A stretch of 64,000 bases of DNA from Callorhinchus milii (Eukaryota): the NCBI RefSeq assembly GCF_018977255.1, contig NW_024704742.1, positions 1,364,001 through 1,428,000 on the forward strand, read 5' to 3'. Positions 1 through 11,796 of this stretch are shown here, one piece after another. Both the position numbers and the translations under genes were made by a program. The notes beneath the pieces were generated by a model, which searched no databases, was not told the origin of the DNA, and worked only from the letters and a program-made list of their open reading frames with translations. The number at the start of each line of letters is the position of its first letter. The first letter of the stretch is position 1.

Positions 1-289
1 GGGACATTGCTGTGCGCACAAATTGTCTGCCCTCTTCGCCTACATTAACAACGCAATACAAAATGACATTTGTATAGTTACTGTGAATTGCATTTAGAGA
101 CACTGTAGTTCAGAGTAAAACGCTGTGAAGCAATTTGAGAAGTGTTGACAGCACAATAAAGCGCTATAACAAATGGAAGGTTTATTATTACTGTTATTAA
201 TTTCGAATTTTATATGAATGCATCATTGTATTATATTTCATTTTTTTATCATATGTTTTTTCCCCATCACGTTAAAAATACGAGGATTC

Positions 290-700
290 GTTTCATTCGC
301 AGCTTCTAGGATCTCAGTTAATTCGATAAGAAAGCTCCTGAGCCTTTCGACTTTATCGTGAACACTTCCAGCTCCTGTAGCCTCTCCAACATAGCTCAGA
401 TGCCTCGTTCGAGATGTCGCTCTAGTCGTTCTTCCATTAGCACTCCAGTATGATGACCAGAACTGTATGCAATATTCCACTGGGGTTGGAGCAAGGCTCT
501 GTGCAACATCAGTGCCGACCGCTGTGACATCTGCTCTAACCCTTCAGCTATGCACTTCAGATCCTGTCCACTCTCCCCACTTGTTGCGTGTGCACTGCTA
601 CGCCGATGGATTCAGACATCCATTAATTCCTCCCAAATCCCTCTCGCGTGCCATTTCCTGAGTTCAAGCGCTTGATTTTTCTCTCCCTTTCCAGCATGTG
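290..700 (-). mobile_element. Decayed CR1 ORF2 fragment
   Basis: EYCIQFWS and RLRSFLIELTEILE resemble CR1 LEYCVQFWSP and RRLRGDLIEVYKI. Confidence 0.75.
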
Positions 701-883
701 AGAGCGAACAGAAATAACAAAACCCAAAACGCTGGTAAAGCATTTCACAGCTGTCTTCCGCTGCACCTTTCTCCGATCAATCCAACAACGACGACAACTT
801 GCACTTGCATCACACATAATATATACTTATACAATAGCCTCCTCCACGCAGGATAGCGTCTCAGAGCGCCTCAATCCACCTAC

Positions 884-1093
884 CGTACTGGAACTGCATG
901 AAGCGCAGATGCAGTTTGGAGGGGATTACCGCATCCGGCAGTTCTCGAAGGAAGAGCTTGAGAAGACTGGCAACTGAGCAGATGTCTCCCTCCTCCGCGA
1001 GATCCAGCTTCTCTCCCTTGTCGTACTTCAGACGCAGCCGCTCCACCGCCTTCACGTTTCCATTTACCCGGAAAATTCCTTCCTGCTGCAGGC
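884..1093 (-). CDS. FAM13A: FAM13A coding exon 3 (RhoGAP core with arginine finger)
   Basis: ccctgcag|GC CTG CAG CAG GAA GGA ATT TTC CGG GTA AAT GGA... to ...CAG TAC G|gtaggt; 210 nt, phase 1 to phase 1. Contains RhoGAP motifs EGIFRVNG and VASLLKLFLRELP. The gene continues beyond the window start. Confidence 0.96.
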
Positions 1094-2094
1094 CTGCAGG
1101 GAAGAAAAAGCAACGACAGTAACAAAGTTAAAGGGGTTTGGGACGTCCTCCCGACGTGAAAGGCGCTCTATAAATGGAATTTTGTTGTCGTTGCTGTTAT
1201 GTCTTATAGTTATTATGCACTACAAATAAATCACGCGAAACCCCTTCCTGCACCTGGACACGTTTCTTTCTAGCGTAGAATTACAAGACGGAAACGGGCC
1301 ATTCGACCCAACCGGCCTGTGCCCATGTTTATACTCCATGTGAACCTTCACCCCTCTCCCGCGCCTCTCTGCTGTGCCTTTCTCTCACACGAGTTTTCTC
1401 TTTCACACATTCGCCTACAAAACACCCAGTCACTGCCCTCCTTTGAAGAGCTTTGAGACCGTCCGCTGGACATGAAAGGTACTATGTCAAATGCGAGGAA
1501 TATTATTATGAAATCTTTTTAGGAATCTTCCCCGATGCATTGGGACATCCCAGTTTCAACATAGTTTGTTCTTTTGCACAACTGCACTATTAACTGGGTT
1601 GGCCACAAAAGTCCATCCTCACCAAGATGAAGAAGAGCCGCTTAAGTGTTTTCTTTGAACGCTTTGGGCACCATAATTTTTCTGGTCTGTCTTGATATGG
1701 CTACAGAAAGATCGTGCAGGGGAGATCACTTACCCTCTCAATCTCAAACGTACTCTGGGTTGCTGCTTATTTAAAGCAGTCGTCGTTAGCTTTTAACACA
1801 ATCCTTTGTATTATGCTCTATTACGCACTGAACTTTCGAGCTGGTCCTTTGGATAAACCTCCGGTGAGTACATCCAAAGAAAAGGCAGAACCGGCTGAGC
1901 TCTGATTTACCTCAAAATCCTCTCAGCCCAAAGGCAGGGTCACTGTAACTCGCATTACCCAGTTGGTCCGATGAGGAATTGGGCTCCAAGCACTTTGTTG
2001 GGTTTCAGGGAGTGCCTGTGGAACGGCGCCAATCTACTAGCAGCTATGCCTCGCTGCCCCTTAGGACACCTCAGGGGGGTTTCAGTCAGGATGC

Positions 2095-2142
2095 ATAATG
2101 TCTTGGGGGGTCCTTGATCCCAGAATGTTTGGAAACCCCTGC
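2095..2142 (+). mobile_element. hAT/Charlie-like DNA transposon terminus
   Basis: ggggggtccttgatcccagaatgtttggaaacccctg resembles Charlie-type ends (GGGGGTCC...GGTTGGGAACCCCTG). Confidence 0.4.
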
Positions 2143-2964
2143 ACTAGGGACGGTGACCGATAACATTCAATTTGACTTGGGAAACACAAGCAAGCAACCA
2201 ATCTCGTGTGCAACTTTAGGTGGGCAAACCTCAGGGTGTATGGGCTAAGGGACATAGACTGGGAGGCATTACTCAATGACAAATCGCTTGAGGATTAACG
2301 GATATCCCTAAAGAACATTGCGCAGTGTACGCAGGTCAAGTATATACCCAAGTGCGGCAGTTTTATAAAGCTTGTACACAGAGAAAGGAGGAATTGACCA
2401 TTGGGTGAGCTGAACACAAGACCCTACAGAAAGAAGTCAAACAAACATTAGGGAACCAAGAGAGAACTGGAAAGGAACCCAGCAGCAAATGTAAAAACGT
2501 CGCCTCAAAAAATTCTTTCAATACTGCAACAATACGAGAGTAATCAGGGAAAGCGTTGAAACCCTAAGGGATTCAAAGGGGATTGAAAAAGAGAATGAAC
2601 AAGAGATAGTAAACATTAAATGACTAATATCCTACTTTCCAACATCCCAGCAAATATTGTTTCAGCTCCAGGACTTTAACCTAAGTGACGCTGAGATTCA
2701 GTTTACTACACATAATTATTGACCTGGATTTACAGACCCAGTGGAAAAATTTGCAGATGACATCAAGTTTGGTGACTGGAACAGGTTGCCAGGAAAGGTG
2801 GTAGAGGTCAGGACACTGGACTCATTTAAAAAGCAGCTTGATACGGTGATAGAAGGCGGATAGGGTGGGTGTTCTGAACAGATGAGATTGGATGGACCAA
2901 AGGACCTTCTTCACCCAAACCAATCTTGTGATTGCACTGCATTACTTTCATTAAGTAATGTAAT

Positions 2965-3335
2965 GGGGTCCTGGAGCTCAGTGGTTAGGACACTCGCCTC
3001 ACAAGCGAGAGATCTGGGTTCGATTCCCAGGCAAGGGGCGAAACATTGGACAGTTTCCTTACTCCACGCGCCTCTGTTTACCAGCAGTAAGTAGGAACCC
3101 GGTTGCTCGTCGAATTGGCGGATCGCTTTACCGGGGTAATAATTCCTCGAAAGAAAAATTGGTCACTCAATCCACGACTGCTTGTGGGGACACTGCTGTG
3201 CGCAATTGGCTTCCGCGTTTCGCCCACAAAATATACAGTGAATTCACTTCGTAGTATCATTTGCGAAGTGCTTTGAATCGTCTCGAAGATGTGGTAAGGC
3301 GCTAATACCAACTGCAAGGACTATTGTTGTTATTC
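2965..3335 (+). mobile_element. tRNA-derived SINE, full length, long form
   Basis: A-box (GCTCAGTGG) and B-box (GGTTCGATTCC) head, central ...ctgtttaccagcagtaagtaggaaccc..., L2-like 3' tail ending in a TTG/TTA repeat. Confidence 0.9.
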
Positions 3336-3849
3336 TTGCGCTACGTCTCTACATACAATGTTGAATTAAAAAATGCAAAATCCACAGGCAGACCAAAGTC
3401 CCTGAATTACCTTGGAACATTTCGGCTGTAAGATAACTCAAGTTGTCAGTTGAAGTCATCGCTCAACTGAACGCTGATGTTCTCGGGTAGGTGACACTTA
3501 CGTAGTTCAGGAAGTTCAAGTTTGACCCATTTCAAAAAAGTTTTGGTGTACATGCAGCTTACGTCCATTGGAGGGCAGTGCCTTGCTTATTTAAAATGCA
3601 ACGTTTCTCAAATGTTTTCTCTTTTTTTACATATATATATATATACACGCGCACAATTAAAAAAAAACCTTCACCTTTAACGTAGCCCCTGCAATGTTGA
3701 AGTGTGCTTCACCGGAAATCGCTGCAAGAGTGAAGTCACTGAGTAACTGTTGGCAAGAGCAGCAGCCGTCTTTGCGCAGAGCAGTGTCAGGAAGCGAATG
3801 ATCGATTTTATCCGGAGCAAATAGTGCGTGGCTTCTCTTTGCAAACTGT

Positions 3850-4055
3850 GCCATGGAAGAAAAATCCTTGCATTGGGGATCTTTACTGTCCACCTGGGTA
3901 GGTGCGGGCGGTAGCCTGACTTCATCGCAAAGGCGGCACCTCCAACAGTACAACATTCCTCCAGCCTGGACTAGAAGCACAGAGCCACGGTGTGGGGTTT
4001 GAACCCACAGCCTTCTAAACCAGAGGAGGCTGCATCCAAACCAAGCCAGGCCGAT
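3850..4055 (-). mobile_element. Deu-domain SINE fragment (AmnSINE/SacSINE-like); related pieces at ~6390-6610(-), 8800-8890(-), 18460-18610(+), 19995-20110(+), 56300-56480(-)
   Basis: Minus strand ...gtactgttggaggtgccgcctttgcgatga...caggtggacagtaaagatccc, the Deu central-domain pattern; tRNA-like head ggctcagttgg...ctctgag... in related copies. Confidence 0.65.
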
Positions 4056-4977
4056 GACATGTTCTCAATTGTAACTCTCCAAGTGCAGACCTCAGTAAAA
4101 TCTGCTAACTCAATCCACATCTATGACCTTCCACATCTACGACTTTACTGTTCTCGAATAGCCTGGTCCAATCCCAACATGAGTTGCCACAGGGACGTGT
4201 CAATCACACATTCGGCAATACTCCCACAGAGAAGACTGCTAAACTCTGATGCGCATTGACATGCTCAAATTGGAACACATTGAGGAGAGGAGAGTGAAAA
4301 TCCAGAAGGGAATGAGAGACGGAGAGAGAAATGGTGAGAGAAAGGGTGAGAAACGAGGAGAGAGAGAACTAGGGGAAAACACCGGAAAAACACCGGAAAC
4401 GTCTGTCCTGCGAACAACTCCCAGGTGAGGTTTTCTCTCTCTCTCTCGCTCTCTCTCTCGCTCTCAGCGGCTGAGTGGTGAACCTGTTATAACGCGCTTC
4501 ATTAAAGCGCTGGTGCACTCAGAAGACGAGTGGCCTACGGTTAGCTTCCTGCGCTGTGCCCACAAAATACCCTCTCAGTTCACTTTCTAATACATTCCGT
4601 GAAGCGCTTTGAGACATCTCGACGACTTGACCAGCGCAAAGATTACTATTGGTTATTATTATAATATCAACATTTTCCTTCCCGCTGTATAACCTCAGTG
4701 TGGCTAAGGAGCTTGAAACGTAGCTCTGCGCCCGACATTACTTTAGATTGCAGATCACAGCTGAAGGTCTTCCCCTTCGACAGTGCCTACAGTCACCTTC
4801 CCTTTCTCCCCGGCTCGGCAGCGAGCCCGGACGTACACTGTCAATCGTGCCGAGGTGATACGCAGCGTAAAGGGTGCTATATAAATGCAAGTCGTTGTTC
4901 ATGTTGTTGAGCTGTTGAGGAGCAATGATGCGAATCCCACCTGCACACTATAAATTCACACGTCTGTTCTTATTCGT

Positions 4978-5310
4978 GGAGTCCTGTAGCTCAGCGGTTA
5001 GAGCTCTCGCCTCGCAAGCGAGAGACCTGGGTTCGATTCCCGGCAGGTCAGGGCGAAACATTTGGGCGAGTTGCCTTACTCCCACGCACACGCCTGATAA
5101 TAATCCCTCAAGAAAAAAAAACAATAAACAAGATCACTTCAATCCACGACTGTTTGTGGAGACGCTGCTGTGCTCAATTGGCTGCAGTGTCGCACCCACA
5201 AATATACAGTCAATTCACTTTACAGTATATATTCTGCGAAGGCGATTTGAGACGTCTCGAAGACGTGATAAGGCGCTGTGTCAAATACGAGGATTATTAT
5301 TATTATTATT
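4978..5310 (+). mobile_element. tRNA-derived SINE, full length, short form
   Basis: GGAGTCCTGTAGCTCAGCGGTTAGAGC...GGTTCGATTCC head, lacks the ~65-bp central segment, tail gagacgtctcgaagacgtgataaggcgct...(TTA)n. Confidence 0.92.
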
Positions 5311-5610
5311 CAGGATTTGCCATGTGTCCAGGAATGTTGCTGGGATTGCCGTTCTCCCTTCTGCTTTGCTTTACGGAGCAAGAGAAGGCCGCAAACAAAA
5401 TGTGACAAAAGAAAAGGCAAGCATGTCCCAGAAAGAAAAAAAAACCCTCTTATTTTTATAGCGCCCTTATGTCACGGGAAGGTCTCAAAGACCTTCAGAG
5501 CAAAACTGTCAAGAATTGCCGTGCAATCGTCAGGCGAGACAAGAAAGTGGTTTATACGCGAACAACCTTAAAAGTGTTAGCCCGCTCGCCCAGGTTACTA
5601 CAGTACTCAC

Positions 5611-5803
5611 CGTATTCGTTCAAATAGGCCACCATGTTCAGCACGACACGGGGAATCCCATCCTCTGCCGCCTGGCCTTGTTGCTGGAGGTCACGGAGAG
5701 ACATGCCAAACACCTTCCGGACACTGAAACTTCTCTGCACGTTGAACGGCTGTGCCATAATACTCTTTACATCCTCCTTCAGCCTCACGGCAGCCTTGTT
5801 TTG
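5611..5803 (-). CDS. FAM13A: FAM13A coding exon 2 (start of RhoGAP domain)
   Basis: tttccag|CAA AAC AAG... to ...GAA TAC G|gtgagt; 193 nt, phase 0 to phase 1. Encodes QNKAAVRLKEDVKSIMAQPFNVQRSFSVRKVFGMSLRDLQQQGQAAEDGIPRVVLNMVAYLNEY, similar to human FAM13A QSKAAVRLKEDMKK...LFGVSL...GIPAVV. Confidence 0.95.
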
Positions 5804-8800
5804 CTGGAAAGAGCACAGGGAAGGGGAGCAATCAACCACGGTCACAACAGGCGGCTCCATAATAATGCACACGGACCTGTTGCAGGAGAGGAGCCCGCAA
5901 TTACCAGGGATTAGTGGGAAAAGGAGAACGCATCCTCAACCGCCCAGCGTGCCGGGATCACTTGAACGGGTTCTTCATTCATAAAATAAGGAGCCCAGTC
6001 TGTAGCCATTAGGAACAGAAAGTAAACACTTACACCTGTCAGTGGCACTGGGTGGAGCTCGTGCTTATTCCCGTATGATCAATCATGTGGCATTTTTGTC
6101 TTAACGACCAGTTAAACGAATGAACAGTAAAGCTTGCCGACCTCCATCCTGTGAGTCTGTGTTTAGAGGGCGGGAGATATTTGACATCCGAGATCCACAG
6201 TAAGAATCAGTCTACATCTTGCTGATCACAGCCAGACATGTTGCTTTCGTTCCAGGTACACTTCGATTAAAAAAAAATAATAATCCTTGCACTTGATAAG
6301 AGCACCTGACCACACTGACAACAATTGCTCAAAGCACTTCACAAAGGTTCTGTAAAGTGGATTTGTTTAAGTGGGTACAGAAGCCGATTCGCATGAAGCA
6401 AATGTCCCTTAAACAGCCATGAAGTGAATGCCCAAACCTATCCGGGGAAAGATTCTTTTCAAACTATGCCTTGGGATTTTTAGCTGTAACCTGAAGATGA
6501 ACATAGAACCTTTTGGTTTAATGTCTGATTCATAGGACAGAACCTCTGACAATACAGCACTCATCAGCACTGTAATGGGAGTGATAGCCCAGACAGTAAA
6601 CTCAAAACCTTGGTGATTTTACAATGAAAATCTACATTTATAATGATAAAAATCCTTGCATTTGGTACAGCGCAATATAGATATATATTATGCTATATAT
6701 CAATATATAATTTGATATTTATATATTTGACATATATATACATGATATATATTTCATATATCAGCTCTGCGAGACATCTCAAAGCGCTTAAACAAAATAT
6801 ATTGTAAAGTCAATTGACTGTATATTTTGTGGGTGGAACTTAATCTGAAATTTAGATAGCTTATTCTAATATACACTGACATATCTCAATTTTGGTCAGA
6901 TCTTTAGACTCAGCTGTACTGAACCCTACGCACAAGCAGCTTCCAATTAACCCACAGGGTTCATTAATTCTCATTACATTTTTAATGTGGGTAAACCACG
7001 ATCATCCAAACTCACAATGCAAACACATGTTGCTACAACACAGCACACGCCTTGATGTGCTGATATCTTTCTCTGCGTCTCAAAGAAAAGATAAGTTAGA
7101 CTTTATCTTAACCCTCTCCCACTCAACCGCCCCCCCACACCCCCTCCACCAAAAAAAAAATCAGCAGCTCTACCAAAACTGTAGTTTTATATTTTTCTTT
7201 TTTTATACACAACTTCAATCTCTGGATGGAATGAGTCACAGTATCTGCGCTGGGTCACGTATCTTATTCTAAGCTGCTCCATTTCCTCCTTGGCGAATTC
7301 CTGGGATAATCACAATAAAAATAATCCTCGATATAAGGATATCAACAAAAAAAAAACATATCAGCTCTCCGTTAAACCAAAGGACATCAGTAATCAATTA
7401 CTGGAGTGAAGTCTTATTTTTCGCTGCTAAAAGCAACAGGTCAAACAACAACAACAACAACTTGCACTCATATAGCGCCCTCCAGGCAGGGTAGCGTCTC
7501 AGAGCGCTTAACAGTGACGGAGCCTGACTCTGAGCTGGGAGGGGGGGGGGGGGAAGGGGGGGGGGGCGCGGAGGTGGCTGTAATCACTGTCGAAAAGGAA
7601 GGTTTTCAAACGGGAGTTGAAAAACAGGAGAGATGGGGCAAGGCGGAGGGATTGAGGGGGAGTGTTCCAGAGTTTCGCTGCTCGGTCTGCCTTAGTTGTT
7701 CGTCTTACAGGTTTTTGTTTGCCCTCTGCACAGCCTTCTCTCCTCCAAGATTAGCCAGAACGCATTGCAAGCTCTCTGTGAAAAGTGGGTCAGCTGGATT
7801 AGAATGCACAGCTGCAGTTTCCTCCCTCCGTATGAGCATTCAACGTGTGGGCCCTGGGAGCGTAGCAGGAGGACAAAGATGTTTTGAAAGAACATCTTGG
7901 AACAATTATTCATCGGAGAATGAACGGCATCCACAAGCCATCACCCAGGGAAGCAATTTCACTCAGAGATTCAGAGGACCTCAAAAACCAGGACAGGGAG
8001 GCTGGAGACCCATTATTGAACTGACACTTAAAATCTACACTTTATGCCCAAGTGTAGGGGCAGAAACTGCAAGATGTGCAACTAGCGAATCCCGGCTGTG
8101 TCCCAGCCGGTCCTCTGAGACCTGGCGAGGACACCGGCTCTCATTAAAGTCAGAACCGGGATCAGCATCTGAGCAGAGAGCCCGAGACAGCTCCATCCAG
8201 AATTCGCTGTTCGCTAATCTGTTTGCAAACCTTGCTGTTTCAAGCCCATTTGGGGTTACGGGCTATTTCTGGGGAGGGTGGAGGAACAGGAAACAAGAAT
8301 TATTACCTTTGTTTATTTTGAGAAACTTGTGTAAAGCACCAAAGCACGTAGTCTAAAACACCAGATACAGTGAGAATAGCAGACGAGAAAAGTAAATCAT
8401 CAGTTTGGTGATATGAAGTGTAGGCCACAGTAGCATACAGCGAAGTCTCTTCACATAATCTCCAAATATTGGACACACAATCTCCAAATATTATCAGACA
8501 TTCCTTGGACTGAAGCCAGTGCAGTCAACATATATTCAGAGGCCCATTTTTGGAAAGTTTACGTGTGGAGGTCAGGTGAAGGCAGGATTCGGGGAGGCTT
8601 TGATAATAATAATCCTTGCATTTGATACAATGCCTCAATCAAGTTTTCAAAACATCTCAAAGTACTTAGTGTACAGTGACTACGCTGGTAGGCAAATGAT
8701 TTGGCAGCCAATTTTCACACATCACTCTCCAACAAAACAACCAAGGTGTAAATGAACAATTTTATGTGGAGAAATGTTGGATAGGACAGCAAGAGAAACT

Positions 8801-10481
8801 CTCCTTTCTGTTCAAATCGTGCCATGGGATACCCGACATCCACCTGAACAAGCAGACAGGATCTTGGCTTTATGTTGCATCTGAAGGATGAAACTTTAGG
8901 CAAGTTTCCTTACTCCACACGTCTCTGTTTACCCAACAGGAACCCAGCTGTTAAAGGGATTGGCGGATTGCTTTGCCGGGGCTAATAATCGCTCAAAAAA
9001 ATATTAATAATTTGGTCATTTAATCCACGACTGTATTTTCTCTGAAGCGATTTGAGACGTCTCAAAGACGTGATGAGGGTCATTATGAAATGCAAGGATT
9101 ATTATCATTTTTATGATACTTTTATTTCCACTTAAATCTCTTTACCTCGGATTAATTCATGAAACCCTGCGGTGCTTTTCTGTCGCAGTCAAACAACCCA
9201 GCGAGTGGGACACCCCTCGATCTATTTCCCAACCTAAATGAGGAGAACTCAAAAGTTCAAAGTTATCTGGTTACGGGGGATTTTCCTGCTGCATTATTCA
9301 GGAACAGCAATCAATACAGCATGCGAGGACATTCCAGCAATTCGGCAGCCACTCACTCCAAAGGCCGTCACTGCAACTGATCGACCGCAAAACCCTTCCC
9401 AGTCAGACAACAGTGGAGTCTGTCTGGACACGTCATCTCCAAATATAATCAGTGAGTCACATTCCTCGGACTGTGCCAATGGAAACATGAGTGCAACAGG
9501 AAAAAGCTTGCCAATTTTCGAGACTGGTAACTCTTTACCTTGCAATCGACACTTCAAGTGAATGTACAGTATGCTGTAACCACATGTACCTTTCAACCAG
9601 AGCCTCTTAAAACTTAAGCATGACTCTCGAAACTCCTTGATTTAGAAGCTCCTTGGCGCCATCTCAAAATGATGTCAATAAGGGAGATTCATTCTTACTT
9701 TGGACCCTTCTGCCAAGTCCTATCCTTGGACATCTCTTTCTCATTCAGTTAGTTTTGGTCACCAGCGAGTCTGACACACGTGGATAATAATAATAATAAT
9801 CCTTGCATTTGATATAGCGCTTTTCACGTCGGGAGGACGTCCCAAAGCGCTTCACAGAACACACTGTAAAGTGAATTGACTGTATATTTGTGGGCGAACG
9901 ACCATCACCGCGGTTAAGAGGATCCAAAACAGAATGTGGGTTCCACGGATGTATGCCACCCACACGTGGAAAAGTTTCTGTGTCTCGTGTGAAACTCTCT
10001 TCCCGGAAGACGCACCTGGCTTACCTAATTCTGGAGCGTAATCGGCGCAGGTTGGCAAAGACCCAAGGCTTGGGGACTCCAGAAAGAGCAGCCGGGGTAC
10101 TGCTGGAGTCTAATCCGCTAAAACCCATATCGCTTGTAGTTGAGAGCAGTGTCTGGCAAGCTTCCCGCTATTTGCCCCAACTGGAGGATCAATAACAACA
10201 ACAACTTGCATTTACGTCGTGTCCCAGAGCACCTAAAAACATCATCCTACCTCCTAGGTATTTGGCCTCCAGAATTAACAGGAATCAAATGGAGTGTTCC
10301 CAATATGCCTCTCCGGGTCCTGCTGCGTCACCCGGCTCAGGAAACAGACGATCGAGACAATCGCAGAGGACTGACTCGATTCCAACATTTAGTTGACAGG
10401 CGCGTACGTCATCTTGGAGCCACTACAGCTCCAAAGAGACCCAGCTTACCTCCCCCCAAAAGAGGTCTGGTCACTCGTCGA

Positions 10482-10772
10482 CGGACTTCTGTAGCTCAGT
10501 GTTTAGAGCACTCGCCTCGCAAGCGAGAGACCCGGCTGGGCTCGATTCCCGGGCAGGGAGAACCATTGCACAAGTTTCCTTACTCCACACCCCTCTGTTT
10601 ACCTCGCAGTAAGTAGGCACCCATTTTATTTTTTTTTAGTCGATTGGCGGATCACTTTACCGGGTGTAATAATTCCTCCAAAAAAAAAAAATAATAAATC
10701 GGTCACTCAAGCCACGACCGTTTGTGAGCCGCTGCTGTGCGCAGTTGGCTGCCGCCATTCTCCCACAAAATA
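10482..10772 (+). mobile_element. tRNA-derived SINE, long form, 3' truncated
   Basis: Same head and central segment as other copies; tail absent. Confidence 0.85.
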
Positions 10773-11164
10773 TGCAGGAAATTCCTAAACGCCTCCAAAC
10801 AGCTGAAGAAACTTTCTTCCCAAAGAAGTACAGAGACAGTGTGGCCCCCGCCGTTACCTGGCTGCGCATTTTTTTTTTTTTTAAAAAAAGGCCTCTCTAT
10901 ATTCAAGTCAGAAAGGAAAGAAAGAACTGACATTTTATCGAGTTGCATCGTGCTGAAATGTCAAGTGACTCGCATTATGAGTCGTGACCATTTCTGTAGC
11001 ACAGCAACCATTTTGCACGCACAGCCATGAGGTGAATGACCAATTATTTTTCCGGAGGATTGTTGGTCGGAATACCAGAAAAACCTCAAATCACGTTTTC
11101 AAATGACGTCTTCCACTTGAAGAGTGTAGGCAGATGGCGAGTTTTAATTTGCATTTCGCCCCGC

Positions 11165-11525
11165 GGAGTCCTGTAGCTCAGTGGTTAGTTAAGAGCGCTC
11201 GCCTCGCGAGAGGGAGACTTGGGTTCGATTCCCGGGAAGGGCGAAATGTTGGGAGAGTTCCCTTACTCCACGCGCCTCTGTTTACCGGTTGTTAGTGGAT
11301 TGGCGGATCGCTCTTTCGGGGGTTAATAATTCCTTCCAAAACAATAATAATTATAAATTGGTCACTTCAAGCCACGGCTGGTTGCGTGGGACGCTGCTGA
11401 GCGCAATGGCCGCCGCGTTTCGCCCGCAAAATGTGCAGTCAATTCACCTTACAGTATGTTCTGAGAAGCGCTTTGAGACGTCTGGAAGACGAGGTGAGAG
11501 GCGCTGTGTCAAATGTAAGGATCGG
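11165..11525 (+). mobile_element. tRNA-derived SINE, near full length
   Basis: GGAGTCCTGTAGCTCAGTGG head, B-box, L2-type tail. Confidence 0.9.
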
Positions 11526-11796
11526 CGGTGAGTCAGTACGCGGTCTGTGTCTCATACTCTGTCTGTGTGAGGCACTGACCACTTCATTGTGACTGCCACC
11601 TTTTACTGGACTAAGGCAGAAGTCAGTCCCAGCTGCTGTCTCTCTTTACTGGGTCCGTGTCAACAGAGGTCCTGTGGTGAAACCCCGTGAATTTAGGGGG
11701 TTTACGGGGTAAAGCTACAGCAACCAAGTTACAAGCCAGGAAAATGTGACGAGCTTCACTGTTCAATCACTGCTCACTAAGTTGCACAAACACGTA

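Noticed and set aside
4978-5055. tRNA gene calls at SINE heads (CGC anticodon-like loop)
   Set aside because: Each head continues directly into the SINE body and tail, copies are mutated, and there is no poly-T terminator; these are SINE heads, not tRNA genes.
7406-8356. 316-aa plus-strand ORF as a nested gene
   Set aside because: Starts at GTG and runs through an antisense L2 3' end and a poly-G tract into probable transposon debris; no coherent protein.
9146-9596. Candidate extra FAM13A exon (100-aa minus ORF, donor GAG|gtaaag at 9146)
   Set aside because: The ORF stops at 9294, and the frames that reach the donor in phase 0 or 1 contain nearby stops with no usable ATG.
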